The notes below the pieces were generated by a model. It was not told the origin of the DNA. It worked only from the letters and a program-made list of their open reading frames with translations, and did no database searches. A stretch of DNA of 64,000 nt, taken from the NCBI GenBank assembly GCA_951406725.2, contig OX597819.1, positions 127,410,001 to 127,474,000 of the forward strand, read 5' to 3'. Below, piece after piece: positions 29,642 to 43,514 of this stretch. The number at the start of each line of letters is the position of its first letter. Position 1 is the stretch's first letter. The translations under genes and the position numbers were made by a program. Origin of the DNA: Octopus vulgaris. Taxonomy: Eukaryota.

Positions 29642-30018
29642 ATATATACGTTTAATGGTAGGTCAGCTCTAGTTGAGCAGGCCTTTAACCGGTGTTCCAG
29701 CGGTGAGCGTTATATCATATTTATCTGAAACCAAATATTTCAATGTGTCCTTCATTTTTGAAGGTGGTAGGATGATATTTTCTAGCACATTGAGCGTCGA
29801 CAGAGTGACTCCCTCACTGGCCTATTTGCTAAATGAAGTGTTTCAGAGTCACAGAAACACATATACTCATATTTGTATAGACTTATCACGTGTTCAACAA
29901 TCAACTTTACTATATTAAAGGTGACACAATCGTGTGTTTTATTTTTATTCTAAATACCCATACATTGTATTTGTGCGCTGAGGAAAACATCACAGGTAAT
30001 TAATTACTCTGTCTACAC

Positions 30019-30084
<66 letters not shown>

Positions 30085-30964
30085 GTTTGTGTACACACAC
30101 ATATATATATAGATGTGTAGATGTGTGTGTACACACACATATATATAGATGTATATATATATGTGTATATATATGTGTGTATATATATAGATGTGTATAC
30201 ATCTATATGTACACATACATATATGTAGATGTGTATATGTGTGTATGTAGGTATGTAAGTATGTATGTAAATATGTATGTATGTATTCATACATATATTC
30301 TTCCGTAGATAGATACTTACACAGACACATACATATTTCTATACATGCAGTGTAATTGTTCGCGATATTTGAAATCCTCCAAGAAATAATAGTATCATAC
30401 ATCCGAACTTAAGATACTAGGCACATGAGTTGAAACCCAATTAAACACACATGCACACACACACACACACACACACACACAAGCACAATCTCGTAGAAAC
30501 AGAAATACATACATATAGCCATACCACTTCATATGTTTGTGTTTTTTTCAGGGTGCATAAGTTCCTCTACGCTGTTATTCCTTTCTAAACGTTCATTTAA
30601 GTGTTGATATCGATGCATCTGTTTCTTTTTTTTAGTTACCAGATAGTCATCATAATAAAGGATTACTATCCGAATGTCCGAATGTTTATATAGTCTTGCT
30701 AGTAATATCAGCCAAATCTCCCTCAAATGACATCTCAATGAAATTAGGAAGGCAAGATATGACCACATTATCTTAGAGACTTTATGCAGGAAATAAAGAA
30801 AATAAAGTAAAACAGGGGAGACAAATTCAAATTTGAACCCCATTCACATTATCTCACATACGCATGCGCTTAATTATTATGTTTGTGTACTGAGAGAAAC
30901 ATTAAATATAATTATTAGTAACGTATACATGTATGAATGACTTTTCTTTGAGGTTTATTTAAGA

Positions 30965-31332
30965 CTAGCACTATGACCCAGTAACGCCGGGTTATAGTGC
31001 TAGTGCATGCATATACAGCTGCGTGCGTGCACACATACATGCAAGTACTGTCCAAATCTCCGATCAATCGTATACAGCTAGCTGGCATTCAATTGGCATA
31101 TCAAGTTTCGGGCATTTTGATTGGGTTTTGCATAGAAAATTCACAAAAAAGTCACTTCTATTGATTTTTCAATGGCTTTGCGGAGTGACTGGGGAAAAGT
31201 AAAGACGTGCACGACCACCCTTGGACGGTTTTGAATGACCATAGAAAGTTCAAGTCCTCTAACTGAAAAATTGTGGATTTGTATAAAGGACACACACACA
31301 GACATACATTTTGCCGTTTATATATAGAGAGA
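30965..31332 (-). mobile_element. Non-autonomous Helitron
   Basis: Minus strand starts A|TC (TCTCTCTATATATAAA) and ends in a hairpin plus CTAG|T; no TSD seen. Confidence 0.7.
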
Positions 31333-31499
31333 TCTTCAGAGTGTTCACGCCGGTTGCTAACATAGCGAGAAGACGTTTTGAGTTAAGAGAGTTTCTGGTG
31401 CTTGAAAATATGTGGTTGTGGTGGTGTGTTGGTTGAACTGTCATTACATACACCGATGCGTGTGCATCTATTCACATAAGAATCTCAGATGGAGAATTG

Positions 31500-31661
31500 T
31501 TGGTATGTATGTATGTATGTATAAATGTATGTATGTATGTATGTATGTATGTATGTATGTATGTATGTATGTATGAATGTATGTATGTATGTATGTATGG
31601 ATGGATGTATGTATGTATGCACGCACGTATGTATGCATGCATGTATTTATGTATGTATGTA
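31500..31661. repeat. (TATG)n microsatellite
   Basis: Directly visible. Confidence 0.95.
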
Positions 31662-32040
31662 CCCACAATATCTTATGCATATCGTAGTTGAACTATGTGA
31701 AGAAGATGACAAACGCGTAGGTCTGTGAATCCATCCAACATTATGTTGTCATCCACGAAGACATAGAATGTTAAAGAAAAGATTATGTAAGTAGTATGGT
31801 TATATAAGAAGAATCAGTAGCCTAACAAAGACGATTGTTCAAAGAAGTGCGAAATGAGGGGAAAAAAAGGACACAGAAAAATTTGAATGGGCAGCAGCAA
31901 GTGAGGACTAGCAGGTCATTGGTACACGTTCGCGATAGAAAGGGCGGGGTGCGTAGCGAACAATTTGTCAGGACGGCAGCCCTACAACTCAGTCGGGATT
32001 TGAGATTTCAAGCAAAATGTATGCGTGCGCGCGCGCCTGT

Positions 32041-32115
<75 letters not shown>

Positions 32116-32164
32116 GTATATATATATATATATATATATATCCATCTATCTATCTATCTATCTG

Positions 32165-32203
<39 letters not shown>

Positions 32204-32216
32204 ATGTATATATATA

Positions 32217-32272
<56 letters not shown>

Positions 32273-32592
32273 AACAAAATGATAAATAAAAAATCTGCAT
32301 ATATACATACATATATGTACATACCTACATCTATATGTATATATACATGCATATATGGGTACAGGACTCCCCAAAAGCGTAGAACACAATGAGAAACGAA
32401 AACATAAAAATATAAAAACAAAACCATGGAAACGGACTTTTTTCAAACAACGAAAAATCAGAGTATAAGACATACAACACAAGCAATATTTCCCTTCTTC
32501 AGTTGCCCCTGACTACTCCATGTTTCGAAGGTAAGTGCAAGACACGACTCCGTTGAAACAATCCTTCCCGCAAAGCAAATTAAATAAAATTT

Positions 32593-32654
<62 letters not shown>

Positions 32655-32784
32655 CAGATATTCTTATAAAATACACTTCATAATACTCAAGAGATTTAAA
32701 CTTGAGTCGGTAGCGGAGTAAATATAAGTCAAGTGGATTACATCTTTAATTTCATTTCTGTCAGCACCTCACATGTAAAATTCT

Positions 32785-32875
32785 TCCCTGATGACGGAGG
32801 CTGTTATTATGCGATGATGGAATCAATTTACAATCATTATTTTGGATCACCAAGCCCCCAGAAACAGCTGTTGGA
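32785..32875 (+). ncRNA. Type I hammerhead motif with long stem II insertion
   Basis: tcc CTGATGA cggaggct...agccccca GAAA cagctg TT gga; stem III is the palindrome ACAGCTGT. Confidence 0.6.
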
Positions 32876-33078
32876 TTCGTAAAACTGTCATCCAACCCCT
32901 TTAATGCCTGATAGTATTTCTATTCTGTGTAAGTCGGAGCTTTTTATATGTAAAAATATATACACTCTTTTGTATTAAATATATTTAATACCTTTTGTAT
33001 GTCGACTTACCTGACTTGCTTATCCTTACATTTACTCCCCCTCTCTCTCTATATATATGTATATATATATATGTATGT

Positions 33079-33165
<87 letters not shown>

Positions 33166-33168
33166 CAT

Positions 33169-33210
<42 letters not shown>

Positions 33211-33272
33211 TACCAGGTGGTGCTATTAAGTTAGACATGGCCTGGGCCAATAATGGCCGAAACCTATCAAAG

Positions 33273-33328
<56 letters not shown>

Positions 33329-33951
33329 CATAGTACACATAGACACCCAAGTATAAGAATAGGTTTATGTCCATGAAAGGGAACATGTTCATTCGGAGGG
33401 GTAGCTTATGCTTTTTGAAAAATGTGTGTTATATGTAGCAAATAAGCTTCCCAGACTCTATGAATATCCGTTACTAAACACAGCCCTACAAACTCACGAA
33501 ATATTACCAAGATACTTATTGCTGGCGTTGCCTATAGCGACGTGCCTCTCCTATTTTGTTGTAAATGTTTACGATAGAAGCTAAGGTGAATTAGGCATTT
33601 GAATGTCTGCGAGAGAATACGAAACATCGACCCTTTGGTTGGAAACGTAACACTTTATCAATGTGACGCCAGGCAAAAATATAAATATTGTTATTAAAAA
33701 TATCAAAATATCACATACACTCTTAGAAATAGAAAAAGACATACAACGCAAGTGCACCAAACGGACAAAGGTAGAAACCATATTCTTTTTTAGATATTAA
33801 ACTCTTTAATTTTTTATTCAATAGATAGCACGCCATACTTTATTAAAATGTTTAAAATAATTTCAGTATTTCATTTATTCATTGCGTTCCTTTTAATACT
33901 ATACAATGAATTTTACTGCTTTTTTTTTCTGTGTCCACCCCTTCCTCCCAC

Positions 33952-34018
<67 letters not shown>

Positions 34019-34555
34019 TAATATTTTCATAATTTTAATGTCGTCACACCATACGCACATTATTGTCCGGTGATGTTTTCATTTTTAAATTTAGACATGG
34101 CGTTGAAGTTAATGGTTCGCCCGCTAATAGAGCATCAGGGTGTAATGATGCTGGTGATGATGATTATGGAGATTGAGAGGTGAGTGGGGCTATGGTGGCA
34201 GTAATGGTTTTAGTGAACAGGAACAACAACAAGATGAACAATAATACAAATGCAACAAGTGTAGCGTACCCGGTTACTAAATGTGATTAACTATAAACAA
34301 TGGCTATTAAAGTGTAAACCAAAAACGAACATTATTGTAACAGTATAGGCGCAAGCATGGCTGTGTGGTTAAGAAGTTCACTTCGCAATCAAGTGGTTTC
34401 GGTTTCAGTCCCAGTGTGTGGAACTATATGCAAATGTTGTGTAACCAGAATCAAACCAGACCAATGTCTTGTGAATGAATAAGGTAGAGGGAAACTGTAT
34501 ATAAATGAGTATGTGGATGTATGCATGAGTATGCACACACAAACACACACAGCAA

Positions 34556-34983
34556 ACGAAAACACCTATTTCTTTACTACTCACAAGGGGCTAAACACAG
34601 AAGAGACAAACAAGGACAGACAAACGGATTAAGTCGGTTATATCGACCCCAGTGCGTAACTGGTACGTAATTTATCGACCCCGAAAGGAGGAAAGGCAAA
34701 GTCGTCCTCGGCGGAGTTTGAACTCAGTATGTAGCGGCAGACGAAATACCTATTTCTTTACTTCCCACAAGGGGCTAAACACAGAGAGGACAAACAAGGA
34801 CAGACAAACGGATTAAGTCAATTATATCGACCCCAGTGCGTAAATGGTACTTAATTTAATCGACCTCGGAAGGATGAAAGGCAAAGTCGACCTCAGCTGA
34901 ATCTGAACTCAGAACGTAGCGGCAGACGAAATACGGCTACGCATTTCGCCCGGCGTGCTAAGGTTTCTGCCAGCTCGCCGCCT
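34556..34983 (-). mobile_element. SINE family B dimer
   Basis: Two tandem units joined at gacgaaatacc|tatttcttta. Confidence 0.88.
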
Positions 34984-35621
34984 TTTTTTAAACAAATACA
35001 GTACTTGACTGGTGTTGAACTTCATCGACATTGAAAGAGTGGGCGGCAAATTTAAATTTGGCGGTATTTGAACTCACAATTCAATGAAACAGAAGAAATA
35101 CCGCATAGTACATTTTTTTTATGACGCTGTAACAAATCTGCCAATTCACACCCTTCAGGTATACGAATGTATTTGTGTGTATGTTTGAGTGTATACGTAC
35201 GCATTTTGTATTTTTATCGTTTTCTCGGTGTTTCACAACTGGTATTGTAGTATTAGTTTGGTAGCGGCCCCGTAAATTAATATTTCTCCAGAAGAAATTT
35301 TAATCTTTTAAAGAAGTACTGGAATCAATTTAATCGACTAAACTTTTCCAAGCTATGCCCCAAGACAGCTGCGTTCCAGTGACTAAAACAGGTAAAAGAA
35401 TAAAATAGCGAAGTATGAACAGATACAGTAATGGCTGAGTATGTTTTACCTGGTTCTTCCAGGTGAAATCGTAAGTGGCATTGGTGTAGTGCCCTTATTA
35501 GGAATGAAAACACTTCCACATGAGCGATCGCTCTGTCAACAATAATAGAAAATTCTTCCGGATATTACAACTGTACCAGTCTCAAGGAAAGGACACTTTG
35601 GATGAGGTACAGTTTGATATA

Positions 35622-35853
35622 TATTTATTTACTACCCACAAGGGGCTAAACATAGAGGGGACAAACAAAGACAGACAAAGGGATTAAGTCGATTACATCG
35701 ACCCCAGTGCGTAACTGGTGCTTAATTTATCGACCCCAAAAGGATGAAAGGCAAAGTCGACCTCGGCGGAATTTGAACTCAGAATGTAACGGCAGACGAA
35801 ATACTGCTAAGCATTTTGCCCGGTGTGCTAACGTTTCTGCCAGCTCGCCGCCC
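35622..35853 (-). mobile_element. SINE family B monomer with 16-bp TSD
   Basis: TSD gtacagtttgatatat at 35607-35622 and 35856-35871. Confidence 0.92.
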
Positions 35854-37320
35854 TAGTACAGTTTGATATATGATGTCTGATTAGGCAGTATGGTCAAACA
35901 TAAGCATATTATCTTCGATGTCGGGTGTATCAAAGATGGACTAGGGTTTGAAAGATATCAACAAAATTTAATATCTAAAAGATATATGAATAGTGATCGA
36001 GTATAAAGACCTTGTGTAGTTAATTATGTAAGACTTCTTAATTTAGAGGGTAGAGCTCGGATTTTACGAAAATAGTTAATATAAAAATATATAAATAAAT
36101 CCTCACATGCAAAGAATTAAAATTACTCAGTAGATACACATACAGACATACACGTATATACACACTCTTATATAGTGTACACACACACACACAGACACAC
36201 ATACACATTTACAGGGTGGTACAATAGTAGGATACAGTTAAATAATTGTATGGAATATACAACTGTTAGTCTATTTATATCCCAGTATAGCCACTTCCTG
36301 CGGAGGGGATAATTGGGCCTGTGGTCCAAAACCAAGGGCAGCGATAGTAAAACATTTATTCGTATCATATCAATATCGTATTATTCAAAATTCAGTTTAA
36401 ATGAAAAATTGTAACCTCACAAATTTTTGGAATTCTTTTGAAATTTTAATAGAAGATATACGTGTGTGTGCGTGTGTGTATGTGTGCATGTATGTGTGTG
36501 TGTTTGTATATGTGTGGGTGTATATGTATTTATATATGTATTGTGAGTTTTGTCTGTGTTTCTCCCCTACCACTGCTTGATAACTGATGTTGCTGTGTTT
36601 GCGTTCACGTTACATTAGCGGTTCGGTAAAAGAGACCAATAAAAATGTAACAGGCATAAAAAAGAAAGAACTGGTGCCGATTTGTTCGATTAAAATTCTT
36701 CAAGGCGGTGCCCCACCCTGGCCGCAGTCTGATGACTATAAAAGATAGAATAACCACTAAATTCCTTAGTAAAACTTAAATCTAAGAGCGGGGAATCTTG
36801 TATATTTCACGGTCGCTTTACTTGCTAGAAATAGCACCCAAATATTTTAAAATCAGATCCATATTCTGGATATTCAAGACCCAAATGAAGGGCGAATTTT
36901 CAATCCTGAGACAGTTCTGATTGGAAAAAACCAAAATTACCAGGTATGTCTTTGGGGAGCAAACGTAGACTGAGATACAGGGGTCCCAGGTGGACAGAAT
37001 TTCGCTTTTATAAATATAGCGTTCTGGTCTAACGACCCTCCATGTTTGTTTTCGATCGGTTTCCTTCTCTGTCTCCACTGTCCCGTTTTTATTAACCAAC
37101 TTTGACACTCCATACATCCCAAATTTTATTTTAGAATTTATGGGAGCAACTGTAGCTTGAATGCTCGAAATGAGGAGTAGATAGACAGCCGACAAGTGAT
37201 GAAGGGTCGTTCTTTGTTTTATTTGTCCTGTTTTCCATTTGTTTCTCTCCCTGTTTGTGTATTTAACTCGTTTGTTTTCGTACTTCATGTTGTTTATACA
37301 GTTGGTGATGTCCAGTACCC

Positions 37321-37380
<60 letters not shown>

Positions 37381-37381
37381 G

Positions 37382-37417
<36 letters not shown>

Positions 37418-37547
37418 TATTAAAGCTGAAATAATCTCCACAAACTGTTACTCTGAGATTCGGATTATTGATCGTTAGACAGTTCTGATCATACACAAAC
37501 ATACATAAACACACACGAACACACACACTCACAAACACACACGCATA

Positions 37548-37821
37548 AAATTTAGTACCAGTTACGCACTGCGGTCGATGTAATCGACTTAATCCGTGTG
37601 TCTGTCCTTGTTTGTCCTTCTGTGTTTATCTCCTTGTGGGTAGTAAAGAAATAGGTATTTCGTCTGCCGCTACGTTCTGAGTTGAAATTCCGCTAAGGTC
37701 GACTTTGCCTTTCATCCTTTCGGGGTCGATAAATTAAGTACCGGTCTCGTACTGTGGTCGATCTAATCGACTGGTCCCACCCCCGCCAAAATTTCAGGCC
37801 TGTGCCTAGAGCAGAAAAGAA
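37548..37821 (+). mobile_element. SINE family B partial dimer
   Basis: Same gaaatag|gtatttcgtct junction as at 29459. Confidence 0.8.
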
Positions 37822-37827
37822 TATTAA

Positions 37828-38213
37828 TGTGGAAGCACTCCGTCGGTTACGACGATGAGGGTTCCGGTTAATCCGAATCAACGGAACAGCCTGCTTGTGA
37901 AATTAACGTGTAAGTGGCTGAGCACTCCACAGACACGTGTACCCTTAACCTAGTTCTCGGGGATATTCAGCGTGACACAGAGAGTGACAAGGCCGGCCCT
38001 TTGAAATACAGGTACAACAGAAACAGGAAGTAAGAGTGAGAGAAAGTTGTGGTGAAAGAGTACAGCAGGGATCACCACCATCCCTGCCGGAGCCTCGTGG
38101 AGCTTTAGGTGTTTTCGCTCAATAAACACTCATAACGCCCGGTCTGGGAATCGAAACCGCGATCCTATGACTGCGAGTCCGCTGCCCTAACCACTAGGCC
38201 ATTGCGCCTCCAC
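37828..38213 (-). mobile_element. SINE family A, full length
   Basis: Close reverse-complement match to 3972-4357. Confidence 0.92.
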
Positions 38214-38784
38214 TTACAAGTCTGTAAATATGTATTAATTAACAGAATCGAATACATTGATAAAGAGAATAAATACAAATTGATCTAAGCTGAACTGAAT
38301 GTGTTAGTAAGTACTCACTTAGTATTTTGTCGACAGTATATAGTAAATCCTAAAATTTTCTTCCTTCGACAATAAATAAATAAATATAATTTAAAACTAA
38401 AGAATGAGAAAATTATGGTTTAACTATGAACTGGGACATGTATACATACGTGTTTACTAAATATACACGCTCGTAAGTATACTTTACGTTACTACGATAT
38501 TTGTATATATGTGTTTCTACATACATACATACATACATTAACGACCGTCTCAGAACATATGTCAACACACTGACATGTGTTATTGCCAGTTGATGAATAC
38601 TTTGTGAGTCGAAGTCGTTAAATGGAAACTATAGAGAATCCCGTCGTACAGCGCCCCATCCAATGCACACATATGCATAAATAGAAACACATTTCTTCTT
38701 CTTCAGTCTCCCTCCACTCTTACTCTCTATTTCTCTCTCTCCCTCCACACACACACATATATATGTATATATACATATACATAC

Positions 38785-38849
<65 letters not shown>

Positions 38850-38960
38850 TATATACATACATATATATACATATATATATATATACATATATATGTACAT
38901 ACATATATACATATATGTATATATATATACATACATACATATATATACATATATATGCAT

Positions 38961-39014
<54 letters not shown>

Positions 39015-39117
39015 GTATGTATGTATGTATATATGCATACATGTCTATCTATCTATCTACATGTATGTATATATATATATGTGTGTGTACGTAATATATA
39101 TATATGTATATATATCT

Positions 39118-39497
39118 AATTATAACAAAGAGGGTCTTTGCAACTAGACCACATACCGAAAGTATTAGAAATAGCAGCCAGAGGACTGTTATTTATGTTA
39201 CTACAAAAATATGTCTCCACAGTCAACAGTATTTGCAACTCACTATGTGGTAAAAAAAGAAGAAAAATAACGAAATCAAACAGTCCATGGTCAATTATGG
39301 ACGTACGTTTCTGGATAAGAATCAAAGATTCTAATAGCTTCTGTATGTCCCGATGTCGCCTGGTCGGAAATATGGAGGGTAAGATTTCCTAGCATTTCTA
39401 GATTTATGTACAGGAATATTATGTTGATGGCTGCTATTTCTAATACTTTCGGTATGTGGTCTAGCAACTTGTTGCAAAAACCCTTATTGTTATAATT
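39118..39497. repeat. Inverted repeat with ~65-bp arms and ~250-bp spacer, between TA tracts
   Basis: ctagaccacataccgaaagtattagaaatagcagcca / tggctgctatttctaatactttcggtatgtggtctag. Confidence 0.88.
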
Positions 39498-39592
39498 ATA
39501 TAAACTTTTACCGAATATGGTCCTTTTCCATAGCGAAAAACTACTTGGTGAAATTTGTTGATTTTATTAAATTAATTATATTTCACCCTTTA

Positions 39593-39624
<32 letters not shown>

Positions 39625-39673
39625 AGCAAAATAGCTAGCTGGTTGTAAAATATCAAGAATAGACTATACTAAG

Positions 39674-40508
39674 AAGTAAAGTAAGTCGCTACATCAAAGT
39701 GGCTGTTCCATGTTACTATTAGTTGAACCCCAGGTAGATTCTCCGTCAGCTGATTATCGATGCAACTCTGCACCCTTTATATACAATATATATTGTTAGC
39801 AGGAGAGTGAACCCTGACCACCCTGTAGCAGGGAACAGGATCGTGAGACTGACTCATTTTCGAACTATTTGGCTTAGCCTCAGTCACGAGCAACTGTCCG
39901 CTAGATCGATAGCCAGAGTCCTCTTCAGCCAACAATATATTCTAAATAAAGTGACCATCGATCGCTGATTCGCAACAAGCAGAATATCTATTCTAAAATC
40001 TCAAGAAGAGATCACAGTAGTAGCTGTATGGTCACTCTGGTTATCGCTCTGGCGGACAGCTGCTCACGTCTGAAGAGAAGCCAAATAGCTCGAAACTGAG
40101 TCAGTCTCGCACTCTTGTTACGTGCTAGAGGGTGGTAGGAGTTCGTTCCCTCAGCTAACAATATATATATTTCTTTACTACCCACAAGCGGCTAAACATA
40201 GAGGGAACAAACAAGGACAGACAAAGGGATTAAGTCGATTACATCGACCCAGTGTGAAACTAGTACTTTATTTATCGACCCCGAAAGGATGAAAGGCAAA
40301 GTTGACCTCGGCGGAATTTGAACTCAGAACGTAACGACAGACGAAATACTGCTAAGCATTTTGCCCGGCGCGCTAACGTTTCTGCCAGCTCGCCGCCTTA
40401 TATATCGTATATAAAGGGTGCAGAGTCGCACCGATAACCAGCTGGCGGAGAATCTGCCTGGGGTAGTAACATGGATCAGCTACTTTGATGTGGCGACCGA
40501 CTTTACTT
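39674..40508. repeat. Fold-back element (~245-bp arms) with hammerhead motifs in both arms; right arm interrupted by a SINE
   Basis: 39674-39919 mirrors 40034-40167 plus 40400-40508. Hammerhead motifs at 40064-40112 (+) and 39841-39889 (-). Confidence 0.85.
40168..40399 (-). mobile_element. SINE family B monomer
   Basis: Matches 35622-35853; inserted at a TATA site of the fold-back arm. Confidence 0.9.
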
Positions 40509-41035
40509 TTATACACACACACATATATACATAAAGGTGTGTGTGCTTGTATCCATATCTCTTTCTGTGTTTATTATGTTGATTCTGTTAGATATAAATG
40601 AAGTAAATAAGAAAAGGTTCCGGATGATAGACTAAAATTCTTGAAACTAGTGTTCCGGGTATGACTGCATTCCAGTGAGTACAAATCGAAAGAGATTAGA
40701 AACACATACACACACACAAACACACATATATATTTATATACATACAACAGGTTTCCACACAGTTTCAATCTACCCATTCAAGCCGGTGGCAATTACTTGC
40801 CTAAAGTACCACGAAGTGGCACCTACCACGTACCCAGCGGTTGTAAAGCTAACTTCTTAATTATAAAGCTATATAATTTGTATTCCACAAATCTGTAGCT
40901 CGTGTGCGATCTATATACTTTTAGAAGAGACATCTAATTTAAAATTTAATGACATAAAACCATGTATTACATTTGAATAAAGTTAACATGCGTAACACGC
41001 TATTCACATTATGATACACATACACACAATATATA

Positions 41036-41247
41036 TATTTCTTTATAGCCCACTAGGGGCTAAGCATAGAGGGGACAAACAAGGACAGACATCGACCCCA
41101 GTGCGAAAATGGTACTTTATTGATCGACCCCGAGAGGATGAAGGGCAAAGTCGACCTCGGCGGAATTTGAACTCAGAACGTAAGGGCAGACGAAATACCG
41201 CTAAGTATTTCGCCCGGCGCGCTAACTTTTTTGCCAGCTTGCCGCCA
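41036..41247 (-). mobile_element. SINE family B monomer, internally deleted
   Basis: Family match; TSD atacacacaatatata. Confidence 0.88.
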
Positions 41248-42439
41248 TACACACAATATATAATGCTCAAACATATGCTTGTTGGCAAAGATTTCAGATA
41301 TTTGTACAACAGGGACAAATACATTGCCAATATTTATACAAAACGAACAAAGAAACGTTTGATATTTCATAGAATTCAGGTACGTTTTGTTATCGCGTGC
41401 ACAATTTGAACGGTTCAAATTTTAACAAAGCATTCATAAATTGTAGGATTCACAGCTGTTCTGAATTTATAGATTGCACTTTTAGTATTACAACACTGGT
41501 ACAATGTAATGAACCTGAAAAATATATACACTTAATTATGAATTGTAAAGAGTACTCAGTGTAAAATAGTTTCCATAAAGATAAAGTGAGGGCGCATGGT
41601 CTAGTCGTTAGGGTATTGCTCTCACGAACGTGAGATCGTGGTCTCGATTCCTGGACGGGCTGCAGTGTGTTGTTTTATCGAACAAAACACTTTATTTCTC
41701 GTTGCTCTGCAAATCATTTCGATATGTGACACACCATACACCTGCAGAATCGTCTTACGCGAACTCGAGAGACAACCAATAACAATGATAAAGTATAACT
41801 AATACTACTGCTATTCAAACACACATACACACCCACACATATATGATAAAAATGTATAACCAAACATCATTGTACTAGATTTTCTCTAATTCATTTAGGT
41901 GCTAATAGTAACACAAACTGAGATAGATATCCTCTTCGATGTCTCACACTCGACTCGGAATAACATCGAAGATGTGGTTGATGAATAGACAAAGGTATGC
42001 GCCCAGTAATCGAATGGTACTCATTTGTTGCAGAGAAAACTAGAGCAACACAAAATGAAATGATTTATTCTAAGTCTCAAGACACTGCTCGAAATTGAAC
42101 CCACGAACTCACGATCATCAGTCGATAACCAAATCACTAGGCCACACTCAGTTCTCCCCTAACATATGTGTGTGTATGTGTGGACTTGTGTGTGTGTGCT
42201 TGTGTGTTAGTATGTGATTTCGTCGTGTTAAATTGAAGACATTTCGGCCGATCTAATCTGATACGTAACAGCACAAAGTGGTCTATAAAATGATATTCAC
42301 AGTTGCAAAATTAGTATACAATTTCAATATCAGAACTATACAGCTTAAATATACCATATTTACATGAAGCAAACTCAGGTGAAAAGTCCCTGTTTCTGAA
42401 AACCGGACTCGCGATTTATTATATACTTACATGCACGCA

Positions 42440-43291
42440 GAAGGATTAAAATTAGTCAAAGGACATACTAAGTACGTCTACCTGCTGGAAATAAGTGAAA
42501 ACTCTTATTTAAATCGCCGAAAAAAAAAAAAAACTAGTGATAACTACAGAAATCAACCGTCTGCGGGAAAACGGGCCAGGACAATCTCTCGACATACATT
42601 CAAGCAGTTAGACTCACGCGGACCGGTTTCTGGATTGGCATTATAGCCTCACCTTCCTCAGTGCGCGTTACGGTGATGGAAAGCCACGACTCGTCTGCGC
42701 TACAACTGATTCGTTTTGCGCCGAAACATGGCAGCCACCAGTTTGAAAATAATTTCAGTACCGAACAAATAATTCAGGAGAAAATATTTGCGAAGATATT
42801 ATTGACACTATTATTATCTAATGTAACAATTAAAAATGATTATAACAGAATCAATAACATAGGCGATTGCAGGCCCAAAACGCATTAAATAGCTGAAGGA
42901 TTAAAATTAATCAAAGGACATACTAAGTATGTCTACCTGCTGGTGAGGTTGTAATGCCAGTTCAGAAACCGGTCCATCTGAGTCCAAATACTTGAATGTA
43001 TATTGAGAGATTGTTCCTAGCCCGTTTGCTTCCAGATGGTTGATTTCTGTAGTTATCACCAGTTTTTTTCCGACATTTTAAATAAGAATTTTGACTGCTA
43101 TTTTCAGCAGGTATGTCATTTGATTCATTTTAATCCTTCAGCTATTTAATTTTTGTTTTTTGGCCCTCCAATCGCCTATATTATTGATTCTGTTATTATC
43201 ATTTTTTAAATTGTTACACAGGATAATAATAGAGTTAATGATATCTTCGCAAATATTTCCTCCTGAATTATTTGCTCCGTATTGCAATTAT
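42440..43291. mobile_element. Non-coding hammerhead element: ~455-bp unit with terminal redundancy plus an inverted copy
   Basis: 42440-42488 is repeated at 42895-42943. 42942-43291 is the reverse complement of (42749-42894)+(42440-42653). Hammerhead motif at 42616-42668 (-). Confidence 0.8.
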
Positions 43292-43430
43292 ATATATATT
43301 TATATATATTGTTATATTTCGGAATGGTCATTTTGCCAGTTTAGCCAATAAAAACACAGGCACTATATATTTGGTGTTACTTTGCTTCAGTGTTATTTAT
43401 TTTTTACATTAATCTTAATCTTATTTCGTA

Positions 43431-43487
<57 letters not shown>

Positions 43488-43514
43488 GTATGAGTGTGTG
43501 TGTGTGTATGTATT

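Noticed and set aside
36857-36943. 87-nt AG...GTATGT-bounded open frame (IHILDIQDPNEGRIF...)
   Set aside because: The acceptor is weak and appears to come from a dispersed repeat; no recognisable protein.
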